A DNA stretch of 64,000 bases from Pseudomonadota bacterium (GCA_027623205.1 JAQBYC010000001.1:121-64120), one strand, 5' to 3'; positions 10,353-19,764 are shown, numbered from the stretch's first letter. Translations and numbers: made by a program. Notes: a model not told the origin generated them from the sequence alone.

Positions 10353-10990
10353 CCGGCGGCATCATTTTGTGGGGCGCCATTTCGCTGCGGGCCCTGCGGG
10401 TCCATTGGGCCCTGCAGGAGCTGGGCCTGCCCTACGCGTGCAGGCCGATCCAATCGCGTAGCGGGGAAACCCTGACGGCGGAATTTACCCGGCGGAATCC
10501 AAAGCAAAAGATTCCCTGTCTGCAGGACGGTGATTTCACCCTGACGGAAAGTCCGGCCATCGTGAATTATCTGTTCAACGCCCATGGCGCGGGGACGGAC
10601 GTGTTTTTGCCGGGAACCGCCGAAGAACAGGCCCGCTCCGATGAATGGAGCTATTTTGCCATGATGGAGCTGGATGCCCATTGTCTGTACCTGATCCGGC
10701 GCCACAAGTTTCTGTCCGAGATCTATGGGGAGGCGCCCGTGGCGGTGGCCTCGGCGGCGGAATATTGCCGGAAACAGATCGACGCCGTGGCCCCGGCCGT
10801 CGCCTTGGCCGATCCGTATCTTTTTGGCGACCGGATCGGGGCCGCCGATATCCTGTTGAGCAGCACCTTTGCGTTTGCCCAACGCTACGAGGTGGCGTTG
10901 CCGGAACCGTGCCAGGCCTATATGGAGCGTGCCTTGGCGCGGCCCGCCTACCAGGCTGCCAAGGCCAGAAACGAGGACCTGAATGCCTGA
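10349..10990 (+). CDS. Glutathione S-transferase family protein
   Basis: ATGA overlap with upstream gene; start MTGGIILWG; GST N- and C-terminal domain pattern; the annotated ORF start at 10175 was rejected in favour of the coupled internal ATG. Confidence 0.65.
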   Translation: MTGGIILWGAISLRALRVHWALQELGLPYACRPIQSRSGETLTAEFTRRNPKQKIPCLQDGDFTLTESPAIVNYLFNAHGAGTDVFLPGTAEEQARSDEWSYFAMMELDAHCLYLIRRHKFLSEIYGEAPVAVASAAEYCRKQIDAVAPAVALADPYLFGDRIGAADILLSSTFAFAQRYEVALPEPCQAYMERALARPAYQAAKARNEDLNA

Positions 10991-12323
10991 AAATGCCCGC
11001 GATAATCTGGAGGCGGCCCTGGGGGTCATCGGGCGCCATGATGCAGCCATCAAGGCCATGGTGACGGTGACCGCGGAACAGGCGCGGGACGCCGCCGATC
11101 TGGCCGACCAGGCGGCGCGGGAGGGGCGCTGGCTGGGCCTGTTGCACGGCATGACCATGGCCATCAAGGACAACATTCAGACCGCCGGGGTGCGCACCAC
11201 CTCCGGCTCGTTGCATTTCAAGGATGTGGTGCCGAACCAGGACGCTTTCGTGGTGCAGCGGTTGCGGGCGGCGGGCGCGGTGATTGTCGGCAAGGCCGCC
11301 ATGCACGAGTTGGCCTTCGGCATCAGATCCTACAATCCAGTGAGCGGACAGTGCCGCAATCCGTGGGATCAAAGCCGCATTCCCGGCGGCTCCTCGGGCG
11401 GGTCTGGCGCCGCCGTCGCCGCCGGCATGGCCCAGGCGGCGCTGGGCTCGGACACCGGCGGCTCGGTGCGTCTGCCCGCCGCCATGAACGGCATCGCCGG
11501 TCTGCGTCCCACCCATGGCCGGGTCCCCAACCACGGCTCGACCCCGGTCAGCGCCTCTTATGACACCATCGGCCCCATGGCCCGGCGGGTCGGTGATCTG
11601 GCCCGTATCCTGGCGGTCACCGCCCAGGGCGAGCCGGGCGCCGCGCCGACCGCCGCGCCGGACCTGGGCAATTTCCTGCCTACATTGAACGATGGCGTGG
11701 CCGGCCTGCGCCTTGGCCTGCCGCTGAACCACTATTTCCTGAATTGCGACGACGATATCGCCGAGGCCGTAATGACGGCGGTGCGGGCCCTGGAAGCACA
11801 GGGCGCGCGGATCGTCGAGGTTGATGTCGAAGGGGCCGAGACCACGCATCAATGGGCGACCATCCAAATCTATGCCGACGCCTGCGCCTTTCATGCCGAA
11901 CGCCTGGACCGCCATCCCGAGCTGTTCTCACCTGCCGTGCTGGAGCGCATGCTGGTCGGGCGCGGCTTTACGGCCGTGGACTACGCCAACGCCTGCCGGG
12001 CGCGCGAGACCTGGCAGCGCGGTCTTGCCCGCCTGTACCAGGATATTGATATCCTGATTTCACCGACCACGCCGGCGCCGCCGCCGCCGATCGCGGAAGA
12101 CAAAAGCCTGCTGGAGGCGACCAGGGATGCCTCGCGCAACACCTATGCGGGAGGCTTTGGCGCCAATCCCGGCCTGTCATTGCCCTGCGGCTTCGGCGGC
12201 GACGGCCTGCCCATCGGCCTGCAATTGGAAGCGGCCTGGTGGCGCGAGCCAATGTTGCTGCGGGCGGGCATGGCCTATCAGGCGGTGACCGATTGGCACC
12301 TGACCGAACCGCCGTTGCCGTAG
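10983..12323 (+). CDS. Amidase (amidase-signature family)
   Basis: AS-family signature GGSSGGSGAAVAAG...GSDTGGSVRLPA over 446 aa; 8-bp overlap with the upstream GST gene. Confidence 0.8.
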   Translation: MPENARDNLEAALGVIGRHDAAIKAMVTVTAEQARDAADLADQAAREGRWLGLLHGMTMAIKDNIQTAGVRTTSGSLHFKDVVPNQDAFVVQRLRAAGAVIVGKAAMHELAFGIRSYNPVSGQCRNPWDQSRIPGGSSGGSGAAVAAGMAQAALGSDTGGSVRLPAAMNGIAGLRPTHGRVPNHGSTPVSASYDTIGPMARRVGDLARILAVTAQGEPGAAPTAAPDLGNFLPTLNDGVAGLRLGLPLNHYFLNCDDDIAEAVMTAVRALEAQGARIVEVDVEGAETTHQWATIQIYADACAFHAERLDRHPELFSPAVLERMLVGRGFTAVDYANACRARETWQRGLARLYQDIDILISPTTPAPPPPIAEDKSLLEATRDASRNTYAGGFGANPGLSLPCGFGGDGLPIGLQLEAAWWREPMLLRAGMAYQAVTDWHLTEPPLP

Positions 12324-12408
12324 AGAAATTTTCAATTGGACTTAAGTAATTGGTTCAATTGCTCTATTCTTTAAAAGTCCGGGCATGTTTTAAGGTAACA
12401 TGCTCTAG
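12323..12408 (+). repeat. Dispersed MITE/REP-like element, copy B (short form lacking the GC hairpin module)
   Basis: GAGAAATTTTCAATTGGACTTAAGTAATTGGTTCAATTGCTCTATTC...GCATGTTTTAAGGTAACATGCTCTAG; its first bases overlap the amidase TAG stop. Confidence 0.85.
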
Positions 12409-12464
12409 ACTGATCCCGAAAATGCCCCAACGCCGATCATCAAAAGCAATAGAAAGCCATCGTC

Positions 12465-15400
12465 ATGAGTGTAAAGAAACTGCTGGTTGCCAATCGCGGC
12501 GAAATTGCCATTCGTATTCTGCGCGCCGCCGCCGATCTGGGGCTGGGCACCGTCGCGATCTATGCCCAGGACGAGGCCGCATCCCTGCATCTGAGCAAGG
12601 CGGACGAGGCGGTGGCATTATCGGGCAGGGGTGTCGCGGCCTATCTGGATGGCGCGGCCATCGTGGCCCTGGCCCAGGACAGGGGCTGTGACGCCATTCA
12701 TCCCGGCTATGGTTTTTTGAGCGAGAACGCCGAATTCGCCCAGGCCTGTGCCCAGGCCGGTATCGCCTTTGTCGGGCCGGGGCCTGAAACCCTGCACATG
12801 TTCGGCGACAAGGCGGCGGCCCGTGATCTGGCGGAGCGCAGCGGCGTACCCGTGCTGCCGGGCAGCCAGGGGGCAACGGACGTAGGGGCGGCGGAAGCTT
12901 TCTTCGCCGCCCATGGCGCCATGATGATCAAGGCCATGGCGGGCGGCGGCGGGCGCGGCCTGCGCGCCGTACATGCGGCGGACGAGATCGCCGGAACGCA
13001 CGCCCTGTGTCAGGCCGAGGCCTTGCAGGCGTTCGGCAATGGCGATGTCTTTGTCGAGCGTCTGTTGGCGCGGCCCCGCCATATTGAAGTTCAGATCATC
13101 GGCGACGGCAGCGGCGCCATCAGTCATCTGGGCGAGCGGGAATGCTCTATCCAGCGCCGCCATCAAAAGCTGGTGGAGATGGCGCCGGCGCCCGGACTGG
13201 CGCCGGCGCTGCGCGACAAGCTGACCCAGGCCGCCGTCACCCTGGCCGAGGCGGTGGATTACCGCAATGTCGGGACCTTCGAATTCCTGGTCGACGGCGA
13301 TGCGTTCTATTTCATCGAGGCGAACCCGCGCCTGCAGGTCGAACATACGGTGACCGAAGAAGTCTGGGGCATTGATCTGGTGCAGAGCCAGCTGCGGCTG
13401 GCCGGCGGCGCCAGTCTGGCCGAACTGGGTTTGCTGCAGGCAGATGTGGGGCCGCCGCGGGGCCAGGCCATGCAGGTGCGCATCAACATGGAAACCATTG
13501 CGGCCGATGGCAGCGTGCGGCCCACGGGCGGTGTGCTGCAGACGTTCGAGATGCCCTCGGGGCCGGGCATTCGTATCGACAGCTTCGGCTATGCCGGCTA
13601 TCGCACTTCGCCCAGCTATGACTCCCTGCTGGCCAAGCTGATCGCCCACTCTCCGGGGCGTGATTTCGCGGCCCTGGCCCAGAAAACCTACCGCGCTTTG
13701 TGTGAATGCCAGATAACCGGTTTTGCGAGTAATATTTCCTTCCTGCAAAATTTGCTGCGCCATCCGGAATTCCGGGCCGGGCGTCTGCATACACAGTTCA
13801 TTGCCGCCCACCTGGACGAACTGGTCAATGGCAGCGGACACCAGCGGCGGTTCTTCGAGGGGGCGGGCGATGATCTGGTGGATGCGCAACGGCTTGGCGT
13901 CAAGTTGGATGCCAACGATCCCCTGGCCGTGCTGGCCCATGGCAGGTCCCAGGCCGTTCAAGCGGCGACGACCCCCGCCAATGGCATGAGCGGACCGGAC
14001 GGCACCGTTGCCATCGCCGCCCCCATGCAGGGCACCATCGTCAGCATAGACGTGGCGGTGGGTGACGAGGTCTATCCGGGCCGGCAGGTGCTGATCATGG
14101 AAGCCATGAAGATGCAGCACGTGATCGCGGCCCAGGTCAGCGGCGTGGTGCGCCAGCTGCCCGTGGCGCCGGGCGACACGGTGTTTGAAGGCCATGCCCT
14201 GGCGTTCGTCGCCGAGCGGGAGGTGGCGGTGCCCGAAACGGGCGAGGTGGTTGCCGTCGATCTGGATGATCTGCGCCCGGATCTGGCGGAAGTGATGGCG
14301 CGCCAGGGCATGACCCTGGATGACCGGCGGCCGCATGCCGTGGCCCGCCGGCGCAAGACCAATCAGCGCACGGCGCGGGAGAATGTCTACGATTTGTGTG
14401 ATCCGGATTCCTTTACTGAATTCGGCTCGCTGGTGGTGGCGGCCCGGCGGCAGATGCACAGCATGGCTGAATTGATCGAGCGCACGCCGGCCGATGGCCT
14501 GATCGCCGGTCTGGGCCGGATCAACGGCCACCTGTTTCCGGACGAAATCGCCCGCTGTGTAGTGATGTCCTATGACTACACGGTGCTGGCCGGAACCCAG
14601 GGCAAGAACAACCACAAAAAGAAGGACCGGATGTTCGAGATGGCCGCGAAGTGGCGTCTGCCGGTGGTCTTCTTCACCGAGGGCGGCGGCGGCCGGCCCG
14701 GCGACACGGACATGATTTTCTCGGCCAATCTGCACGTTCCCGCCTTCCACCTGTTTGGCCGCCTGAGCGGTCTGGTGCCCCTGGTGGGCATTACCTCGGG
14801 CCGCTGTTTTGCCGGTAACGCTGTGCTGCTGGGCTGTTGCGATGTGGTCATCGCGACACGGAACTCCACCATCGGCATGGGCGGCCCGGCGATGATCGAA
14901 GGCGGCGGCCTGGGGGTTTTCCGGCCCGAGGAAGTGGGGCCGATGTCGGTGCAGGTGCCCAACGGCGTGGTTGATATCGCGGTCGAGGACGAGGGGGAAG
15001 CGGTTCAGGTGGCGCAGCGATATCTGGGCTACTTCCAGGGCGCGGTAGCGGCTTGGGACTGCGCCGATCAGCGGCTGTTGCGCCAGGCCATACCCGAGGA
15101 CCGCCTGCGTATCTATGATGTCCGCAAGGTGGTGGAGACCATGGCCGACACCGGCTCGGTGCTGGAGTTGCGCGCCGGTTTCGGCCTTGGCATGGTCACC
15201 GCCCTGGCGCGGATCGAAGGCCGGCCCGTGGGTATTGTCGCCAACAACCCGAAGCATCTGGCCGGCGCCATCGACAGCGATGGCGCGGACAAGGCGGCCC
15301 GCTTCATGCAGCTTTGCGACGCCTATGACATTCCCCTGGTTTTCCTGTGCGACACGCCGGGCAACATGGTCGGGCCGGTGGCGGAACAGACCGCCCTGGT

Positions 15401-15827
15401 CCGCCATTGCTGCCGTCTTTACGTGATCGGCGCCAACGTTACCGTGCCGACCTTCACCATCGTGCTGCGCAAGGGCTATGGCCTGGGCGCCCAGGGCATG
15501 GCGGGGGGCGGATTTCACGCCCCGTTCTTCACCATTTCCTGGCCCACGGGGGAATTCGGCGGCATGGGCCTCGAAGGCGCGGTCAAACTGGGCCGCCGGG
15601 ACGAACTGGCCGCGATCGAGGATCCGGTGGAACGCATGGCCCGTTACGAGGAAATGGTCGCCGCCATGTACGCCCAGGGCAAGGCGATCAACACCGCCTC
15701 GCTGTTCGAACTGGACAATGTCATCGACCCCGCCGATACCCGCGACTGGATCATGGCCGGCCTGCGCGCCACGCCGCCCGCCCCGGCGCGCGAAGGCAAG
15801 AAACGCCCGTGGATCGATGCCTGGTGA
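12465..15827 (+). CDS. Single-chain multidomain acyl-CoA carboxylase (biotin carboxylase - BCCP - carboxyltransferase; LCC-like)
   Basis: 1120 aa with an N-terminal biotin carboxylase/ATP-grasp domain (KLLVANRGEIAIRILRA), a central biotinyl domain with EAMKMQH, and a C-terminal carboxyltransferase (propionyl-CoA carboxylase beta-like) domain. Confidence 0.8.
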   Translation: MSVKKLLVANRGEIAIRILRAAADLGLGTVAIYAQDEAASLHLSKADEAVALSGRGVAAYLDGAAIVALAQDRGCDAIHPGYGFLSENAEFAQACAQAGIAFVGPGPETLHMFGDKAAARDLAERSGVPVLPGSQGATDVGAAEAFFAAHGAMMIKAMAGGGGRGLRAVHAADEIAGTHALCQAEALQAFGNGDVFVERLLARPRHIEVQIIGDGSGAISHLGERECSIQRRHQKLVEMAPAPGLAPALRDKLTQAAVTLAEAVDYRNVGTFEFLVDGDAFYFIEANPRLQVEHTVTEEVWGIDLVQSQLRLAGGASLAELGLLQADVGPPRGQAMQVRINMETIAADGSVRPTGGVLQTFEMPSGPGIRIDSFGYAGYRTSPSYDSLLAKLIAHSPGRDFAALAQKTYRALCECQITGFASNISFLQNLLRHPEFRAGRLHTQFIAAHLDELVNGSGHQRRFFEGAGDDLVDAQRLGVKLDANDPLAVLAHGRSQAVQAATTPANGMSGPDGTVAIAAPMQGTIVSIDVAVGDEVYPGRQVLIMEAMKMQHVIAAQVSGVVRQLPVAPGDTVFEGHALAFVAEREVAVPETGEVVAVDLDDLRPDLAEVMARQGMTLDDRRPHAVARRRKTNQRTARENVYDLCDPDSFTEFGSLVVAARRQMHSMAELIERTPADGLIAGLGRINGHLFPDEIARCVVMSYDYTVLAGTQGKNNHKKKDRMFEMAAKWRLPVVFFTEGGGGRPGDTDMIFSANLHVPAFHLFGRLSGLVPLVGITSGRCFAGNAVLLGCCDVVIATRNSTIGMGGPAMIEGGGLGVFRPEEVGPMSVQVPNGVVDIAVEDEGEAVQVAQRYLGYFQGAVAAWDCADQRLLRQAIPEDRLRIYDVRKVVETMADTGSVLELRAGFGLGMVTALARIEGRPVGIVANNPKHLAGAIDSDGADKAARFMQLCDAYDIPLVFLCDTPGNMVGPVAEQTALVRHCCRLYVIGANVTVPTFTIVLRKGYGLGAQGMAGGGFHAPFFTISWPTGEFGGMGLEGAVKLGRRDELAAIEDPVERMARYEEMVAAMYAQGKAINTASLFELDNVIDPADTRDWIMAGLRATPPAPAREGKKRPWIDAW

Positions 15828-15887
15828 GGGCCAGATCAGCGGCCCCGCCATCGTGAGCAAAACCCATCCAAGAATAGGTGGACGACA

Positions 15888-16289
15888 ATGCCCAAAAAAG
15901 CCCTGAGACTTGGCAAACCCTTTGAGGATACGGTCCTCTTTTCGTTTGGCGTGGTCGCATCCGGACGCTTTCTGCACACGGCCGGGATCACCGCCCGCGA
16001 CCGCGATGGCGCGGTCGTCGGCGCGGACGACATGGCCGCTCAGGTGCGGCAATGTTTCAACAACCTCGAGGATATTCTCACCGCGGCCGGCGCCGATTTC
16101 AGTCAGGTGGTGAAATACATGATCTACACCACGGACATCGAAAGATACGACCAGGACACCCGCGACGTGCGCGCGCGCTATTTCGTTGACCGCCCGGCCT
16201 GCACGTTGGTCGAAGTTTCCAGGCTGATACACCCGGACATGCTGGTCGAGATCGAGGCCATCGTGAATCTTGCGGACGAGCCGGACTAG
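15888..16289 (+). CDS. RidA/YjgF/TdcF family reactive-intermediate deaminase
   Basis: 133 aa with the typical RidA family pattern (ARYFVD...PACTLVEVSRL). Confidence 0.75.
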   Translation: MPKKALRLGKPFEDTVLFSFGVVASGRFLHTAGITARDRDGAVVGADDMAAQVRQCFNNLEDILTAAGADFSQVVKYMIYTTDIERYDQDTRDVRARYFVDRPACTLVEVSRLIHPDMLVEIEAIVNLADEPD

Positions 16290-16304
16290 CGGACGGCATT
16301 GTCA

Positions 16305-16340
16305 CGTTCGGGCAATTCTTAAGGAATTGGCTCAACGGCT
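16305..16340 (+). repeat. Degenerate relic of the dispersed element core
   Basis: TCTTAAGGAATTGGCTCAACGGCTTATACC matches the ACTTAAGTAATTGGTTCAATTGCTCTATTC core at about 22 of 30 positions, in an AT-rich gap. Confidence 0.45.
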
Positions 16341-16386
16341 TATACCAGTCCGCGTCTCTATGGGTTCCTATCAACGCGGGTTGGTA

Positions 16387-17262
16387 TTAATTAGGGCATA
16401 CGGCGCTGGTCAGGATTTTTTTGCCTTGCTTTATTTTAATCCTGATCTGTCTTTCATAGGCGGCGGCCTTGTCCATAAGTTCGCCGTCGGCGGGGCAAAA
16501 TTTGGTGGCGAACGTCGCCAGTTTCATGGGACTGAGCGAGCGAAGCAGTTTCAGATGCCGCTCACTGGTGGGCTCCAGAACAAGCTCGAACTTATCATCG
16601 TCCGTATACCGGCTTGCCTCGACGATCCAGCTTTCGTCGGGCCTGACAATTTGGCCATGGGTCAACAGCAGGGCGATCGCCGCCTTGCGCTCTTTCGCCG
16701 GCAACTCCGGACTTCGCAAATAGACTGCCAGTATGGCGATCACCACCAAAGCCAGGGCAGAGGTGATGATGATACCGATCTTATTCAATTGCGCGAATTG
16801 CAGCCCCTGCATCAATGGCGCGCGCCTCTTTTTGCCGCTGGATTTGCCGCGTGGGCGGCCGCCTGGTTTTGTCTTAGGTACCGGTTTCCCTTGTTTCGGC
16901 TCTTGCGGCGTTACATCATGCCCCGCCGCCGACCGTTTTCCATCCTCTTTCAACTGCCGCAGAAGCGAGATAATTTCAACGCGGACCTGCGCCATATCGC
17001 GGCCGGCACCGTCGGGTGCGATAATTGCCGCCAACCGCTGCTCGTAGTCCTCCAGCCGCGCGCGTTCATCCTCGTGCACCAGCAGTTTCGTTAACGCGAA
17101 ACGGGTGCTTTGTTCCAAGGCATCCAGGCTATGCGCCAGCTCGATCACCGCAATCAAGCCGTTCTTGGGATCCTCGAAAAGAAGTTCCCAATCGCCGACG
17201 CTGTGGGGCGCGTGCGCGTTGTCCGCGACGGAACCAGAAAGTTTTTCTGCGTTGTCTGCCAT
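16387..17262 (-). CDS. Hypothetical single-pass membrane protein (cytoplasmic N-domain, Lys/Pro/Arg-rich linker, one TM helix, periplasmic C-domain)
   Basis: ATG at 17262 (MADNAEKL) with AGGA upstream; TM segment IGIIITSALALVVIAILAVYL; no recognisable domain; lower GC than flanking genes. Confidence 0.5.
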   Translation of the reverse strand: MADNAEKLSGSVADNAHAPHSVGDWELLFEDPKNGLIAVIELAHSLDALEQSTRFALTKLLVHEDERARLEDYEQRLAAIIAPDGAGRDMAQVRVEIISLLRQLKEDGKRSAAGHDVTPQEPKQGKPVPKTKPGGRPRGKSSGKKRRAPLMQGLQFAQLNKIGIIITSALALVVIAILAVYLRSPELPAKERKAAIALLLTHGQIVRPDESWIVEASRYTDDDKFELVLEPTSERHLKLLRSLSPMKLATFATKFCPADGELMDKAAAYERQIRIKIKQGKKILTSAVCPN

Positions 17263-17422
17263 TGATCCTACGACTTGCCGATGATTGCTATCCGCAAGTG
17301 GATGAATTTGCCACGCATCGGAAAAATAATGGTTAACGTAATGCCGCGGCCATATTCCGGCAGGCATGCGGCCGGCGGCGACGCCATGCATAACCAGAAC
17401 GATCTAGAACATAGGAGGTTCC

Positions 17423-18397
17423 ATGAAAGCGCTTCTTTGCACGAAATTCGGCCCAATCGGCGATCTGGTCTGGACCGACGTCCAGGCCCTGCCTTGCGGG
17501 CCGATGCAGGTCCGCTACCGTACCGCTATTGGCACCCTGGGGTTTATGGACACCCTGATGGTGCGCGGCATGTATCAACTCAAGCCGCCCCTGCCCTTTG
17601 TGCCCGGCGCGGTGTCCGCCGGCGTCGTCACTGAGGTCGGATCGGGTGTCACCCGTGTCCGGGTCGGCCAGCGTATTTCCGCGCTGGACTATTTCGGCGC
17701 CTTCGTCGAGGAGCGCGTGGTTGGCGAGGAAGCGGTGGTCGCGACACCGGACAATGTGGACGATGCGCAGGCGGCGGCCTTCCGCCTTACCTTCAGCCCC
17801 TCCTACCTGGCCCTGGTCAAACGGGCCCGTCTGGAAACGGGTGAAACCCTTGTGGTTACCGGCGCCACCGGCGGGATCGGCTTTTCCGCCATGCAATTGG
17901 GGCGCTACCTGGGCGCCCGGGTGATCGGCGCCGTCGGCAGCCCGGAGAAGGCCGCCTTTCTGCACGCGAACGGATTTGAGGAGAGCATCGACTATTCGCG
18001 CGAAAGCCTTAAGGACCGGGTCAATGAGATGACCGACGGCCGGGGCGCCGACGTGATCTTCGAGGTGATCGGCGGCGATATCTTTGATCAGAGCCTGCGC
18101 TGTATCAACATGTTCGGCCGCATCCTGGTGCTGGGTTTCGCCAGCGGCCGCATAGCGGATGCGCCGACCAATCTGCCGCTGTTGAAGAACTGCGCGGTGA
18201 TCGGCTCGTTCCTTGGCGGTTGGATGAAACGGGACCCGGCGGCCTTCATCGCCATGAACGAGGCCATCGTCAAACTGCTGGGCGACAGTGGACTGCGGGT
18301 GCCGATCGCCCGCACCTTTGATATGGCCGATGGCGCCGAGGCCATGGCGACACTGCTGCGCCGCGACACCATCGGCAAGATCATGCTGACACCGTAG
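17423..18397 (+). CDS. Zinc-independent MDR-family NADPH:quinone oxidoreductase-like protein
   Basis: 324 aa with the TGATGGIG cofactor motif and the quinone oxidoreductase/MDR fold pattern. Confidence 0.75.
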   Translation: MKALLCTKFGPIGDLVWTDVQALPCGPMQVRYRTAIGTLGFMDTLMVRGMYQLKPPLPFVPGAVSAGVVTEVGSGVTRVRVGQRISALDYFGAFVEERVVGEEAVVATPDNVDDAQAAAFRLTFSPSYLALVKRARLETGETLVVTGATGGIGFSAMQLGRYLGARVIGAVGSPEKAAFLHANGFEESIDYSRESLKDRVNEMTDGRGADVIFEVIGGDIFDQSLRCINMFGRILVLGFASGRIADAPTNLPLLKNCAVIGSFLGGWMKRDPAAFIAMNEAIVKLLGDSGLRVPIARTFDMADGAEAMATLLRRDTIGKIMLTP

Positions 18398-18436
18398 GGC
18401 GGCGTTTTGAATAACTGCCGTCGCTGATGCGAACCC

Positions 18437-18562
18437 GATTAACTGAAAATTTCTCAGGAGCATGTTTCCTTGTGGCATGCCCGGACTCTTTAAGAATAGA
18501 GCAATTGAACCAATTACTTAAGTCGCGAGAGCGACTTCGATTAATTGAAAATTGCTCTAAAT
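18437..18562 (-). repeat. Dispersed MITE/REP-like element, copy C (full length, reverse orientation, with an extra terminal TIR-like module)
   Basis: Reverse complement reads GAGCAATTTTCAATTAATCGAAGTCGCTCTCGCGACTTAAGTAATTGGTTCAATTGCTCTATTC...GCATGCCACAAGGAAACATGC...GAGAAATTTTCAGTTAATCGG; overlaps the stop codon of the 18557 minus-strand gene. Confidence 0.85.
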
Positions 18563-19720
18563 GTAGAGATCCTGAAGGTTGTAATCCTTGACCAGGGATT
18601 GACGGGTTTGTTCATTCCAGCGGTTTTCCACTTCCCGTCCTGCGAGCGGCTGATAGCAATAACGCGGTTCATCGGGAAATCGCTGTTGCCGCGCGTCGGC
18701 CGCGATCGCAATCATGCGGCATCGTTCGTCTATGCGGTCAGCGTCATAGGTCTCGACCGTGCCGTCCAACTTGCTGGTGGTGACGTTCAGAACCCGCCGG
18801 CGCGGAAAAAACCCGGCATTCAGCGTGATGCGGCGGTCCGGCGAAGAATTGGCGAACGAGCCGTGTACCAGTTGCCGATTCGTGATGAACACATCGCCCG
18901 CGCCGCACAGCATGGGCACCGCGCCGTCCAAACGTTCGGAGCCGCTTTGCGCCTTCAATAGGCGAATATCCACCTTGCCCAGCTTGTGACTGCCGGGCAA
19001 TACCCAGACGCAGTTTCCAGCGGTACTGGGGTAAAGCTGCGCCATGAAATTGAAACCATGCGCGCCTTCATCCCAATCCGCCGCCTGCCAATGGGTCGTC
19101 CCGTCCTGATGCCAGGCGACCGACGGCCCGAGGCCCGGTTCCTTGACAAAGGTGACCTCGTTATAGGGCACGAAATCGGCGCCATTGACGGCCTCGGCCA
19201 CCGCCAGCAGTCCCGGGTGACCATAAAGCCGCAGACAGGACGGCATCAGTTGCAGATTGCCCAATAGCAATTCGATGGTCCAATCCGGCGACCCATCGGA
19301 TGGCGTCGGGTCGAGCATCTTGACCGGGTGCCGGCCCTTGTTTTTTGTCGTGCCGCCCACAGGGTCGCTCAAGGGTTTCGCCCAGCGAAACGATGGCCGG
19401 GCGAACCCAGGATCCTTGACCGGGTCGCCGTGCCTGTTCCGGCCGCCGTCCGGCGCCACGGGCGCGCCGGCAAGGACCCGTTCCACATCGGCGCGAAGCT
19501 CCGCCAGCTCTGCTGCCGCAATGACATTCTCGAAAACATAGAAACCGTGTTGCCAGTAAGCCTCCAGGATGCCGCGATCAAGCTTGCCGTCGTCGGCAAA
19601 CCCGATCGGTCCACGATTGCCCAGGACATGGGCCCGTTTTTCGCCTTCGCGGCTATATGTCGCCATAACCCGGGCATGTTCGGCAGCGGAAATTGTGCCG
19701 GTCGTTCGCGGATCACTCAT
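18557..19720 (-). CDS. Phytanoyl-CoA dioxygenase (PhyH) family Fe(II)/2OG dioxygenase, long form
   Basis: ATG at 19720 (MSDPRTTG) with GGAAG upstream; WHQDG HxD motif and a second His in HGF; 387 aa. Confidence 0.7.
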   Translation of the reverse strand: MSDPRTTGTISAAEHARVMATYSREGEKRAHVLGNRGPIGFADDGKLDRGILEAYWQHGFYVFENVIAAAELAELRADVERVLAGAPVAPDGGRNRHGDPVKDPGFARPSFRWAKPLSDPVGGTTKNKGRHPVKMLDPTPSDGSPDWTIELLLGNLQLMPSCLRLYGHPGLLAVAEAVNGADFVPYNEVTFVKEPGLGPSVAWHQDGTTHWQAADWDEGAHGFNFMAQLYPSTAGNCVWVLPGSHKLGKVDIRLLKAQSGSERLDGAVPMLCGAGDVFITNRQLVHGSFANSSPDRRITLNAGFFPRRRVLNVTTSKLDGTVETYDADRIDERCRMIAIAADARQQRFPDEPRYCYQPLAGREVENRWNEQTRQSLVKDYNLQDLYI

Positions 19721-19764
19721 AATGCTTCCATTGTCCTGGTTGGATAAACGGTTCATTCCGGCCG

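Noticed and set aside
10575-11915. 446-aa minus-strand ORF spanning the GST and amidase genes
   Set aside because: It overlaps two well-supported plus-strand genes and its sequence is low-complexity Gly/Arg/Pro-rich, so it is spurious.
12618-16232. 1204-aa ORF on the minus strand antisense to the acyl-CoA carboxylase gene
   Set aside because: It lies entirely antisense to a gene with strong domain evidence. The translation is low-complexity and Arg/Gly/Ala/His-rich, as is typical of open frames opposite high-GC coding sequence, and it has no motif support.
16387-17391. Longer 334-aa version of the hypothetical membrane protein ORF
   Set aside because: An internal ATG at 17262 has an AGGA Shine-Dalgarno sequence. 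The upstream 43 codons run into an AT-rich non-coding region, so the shorter start is preferred.
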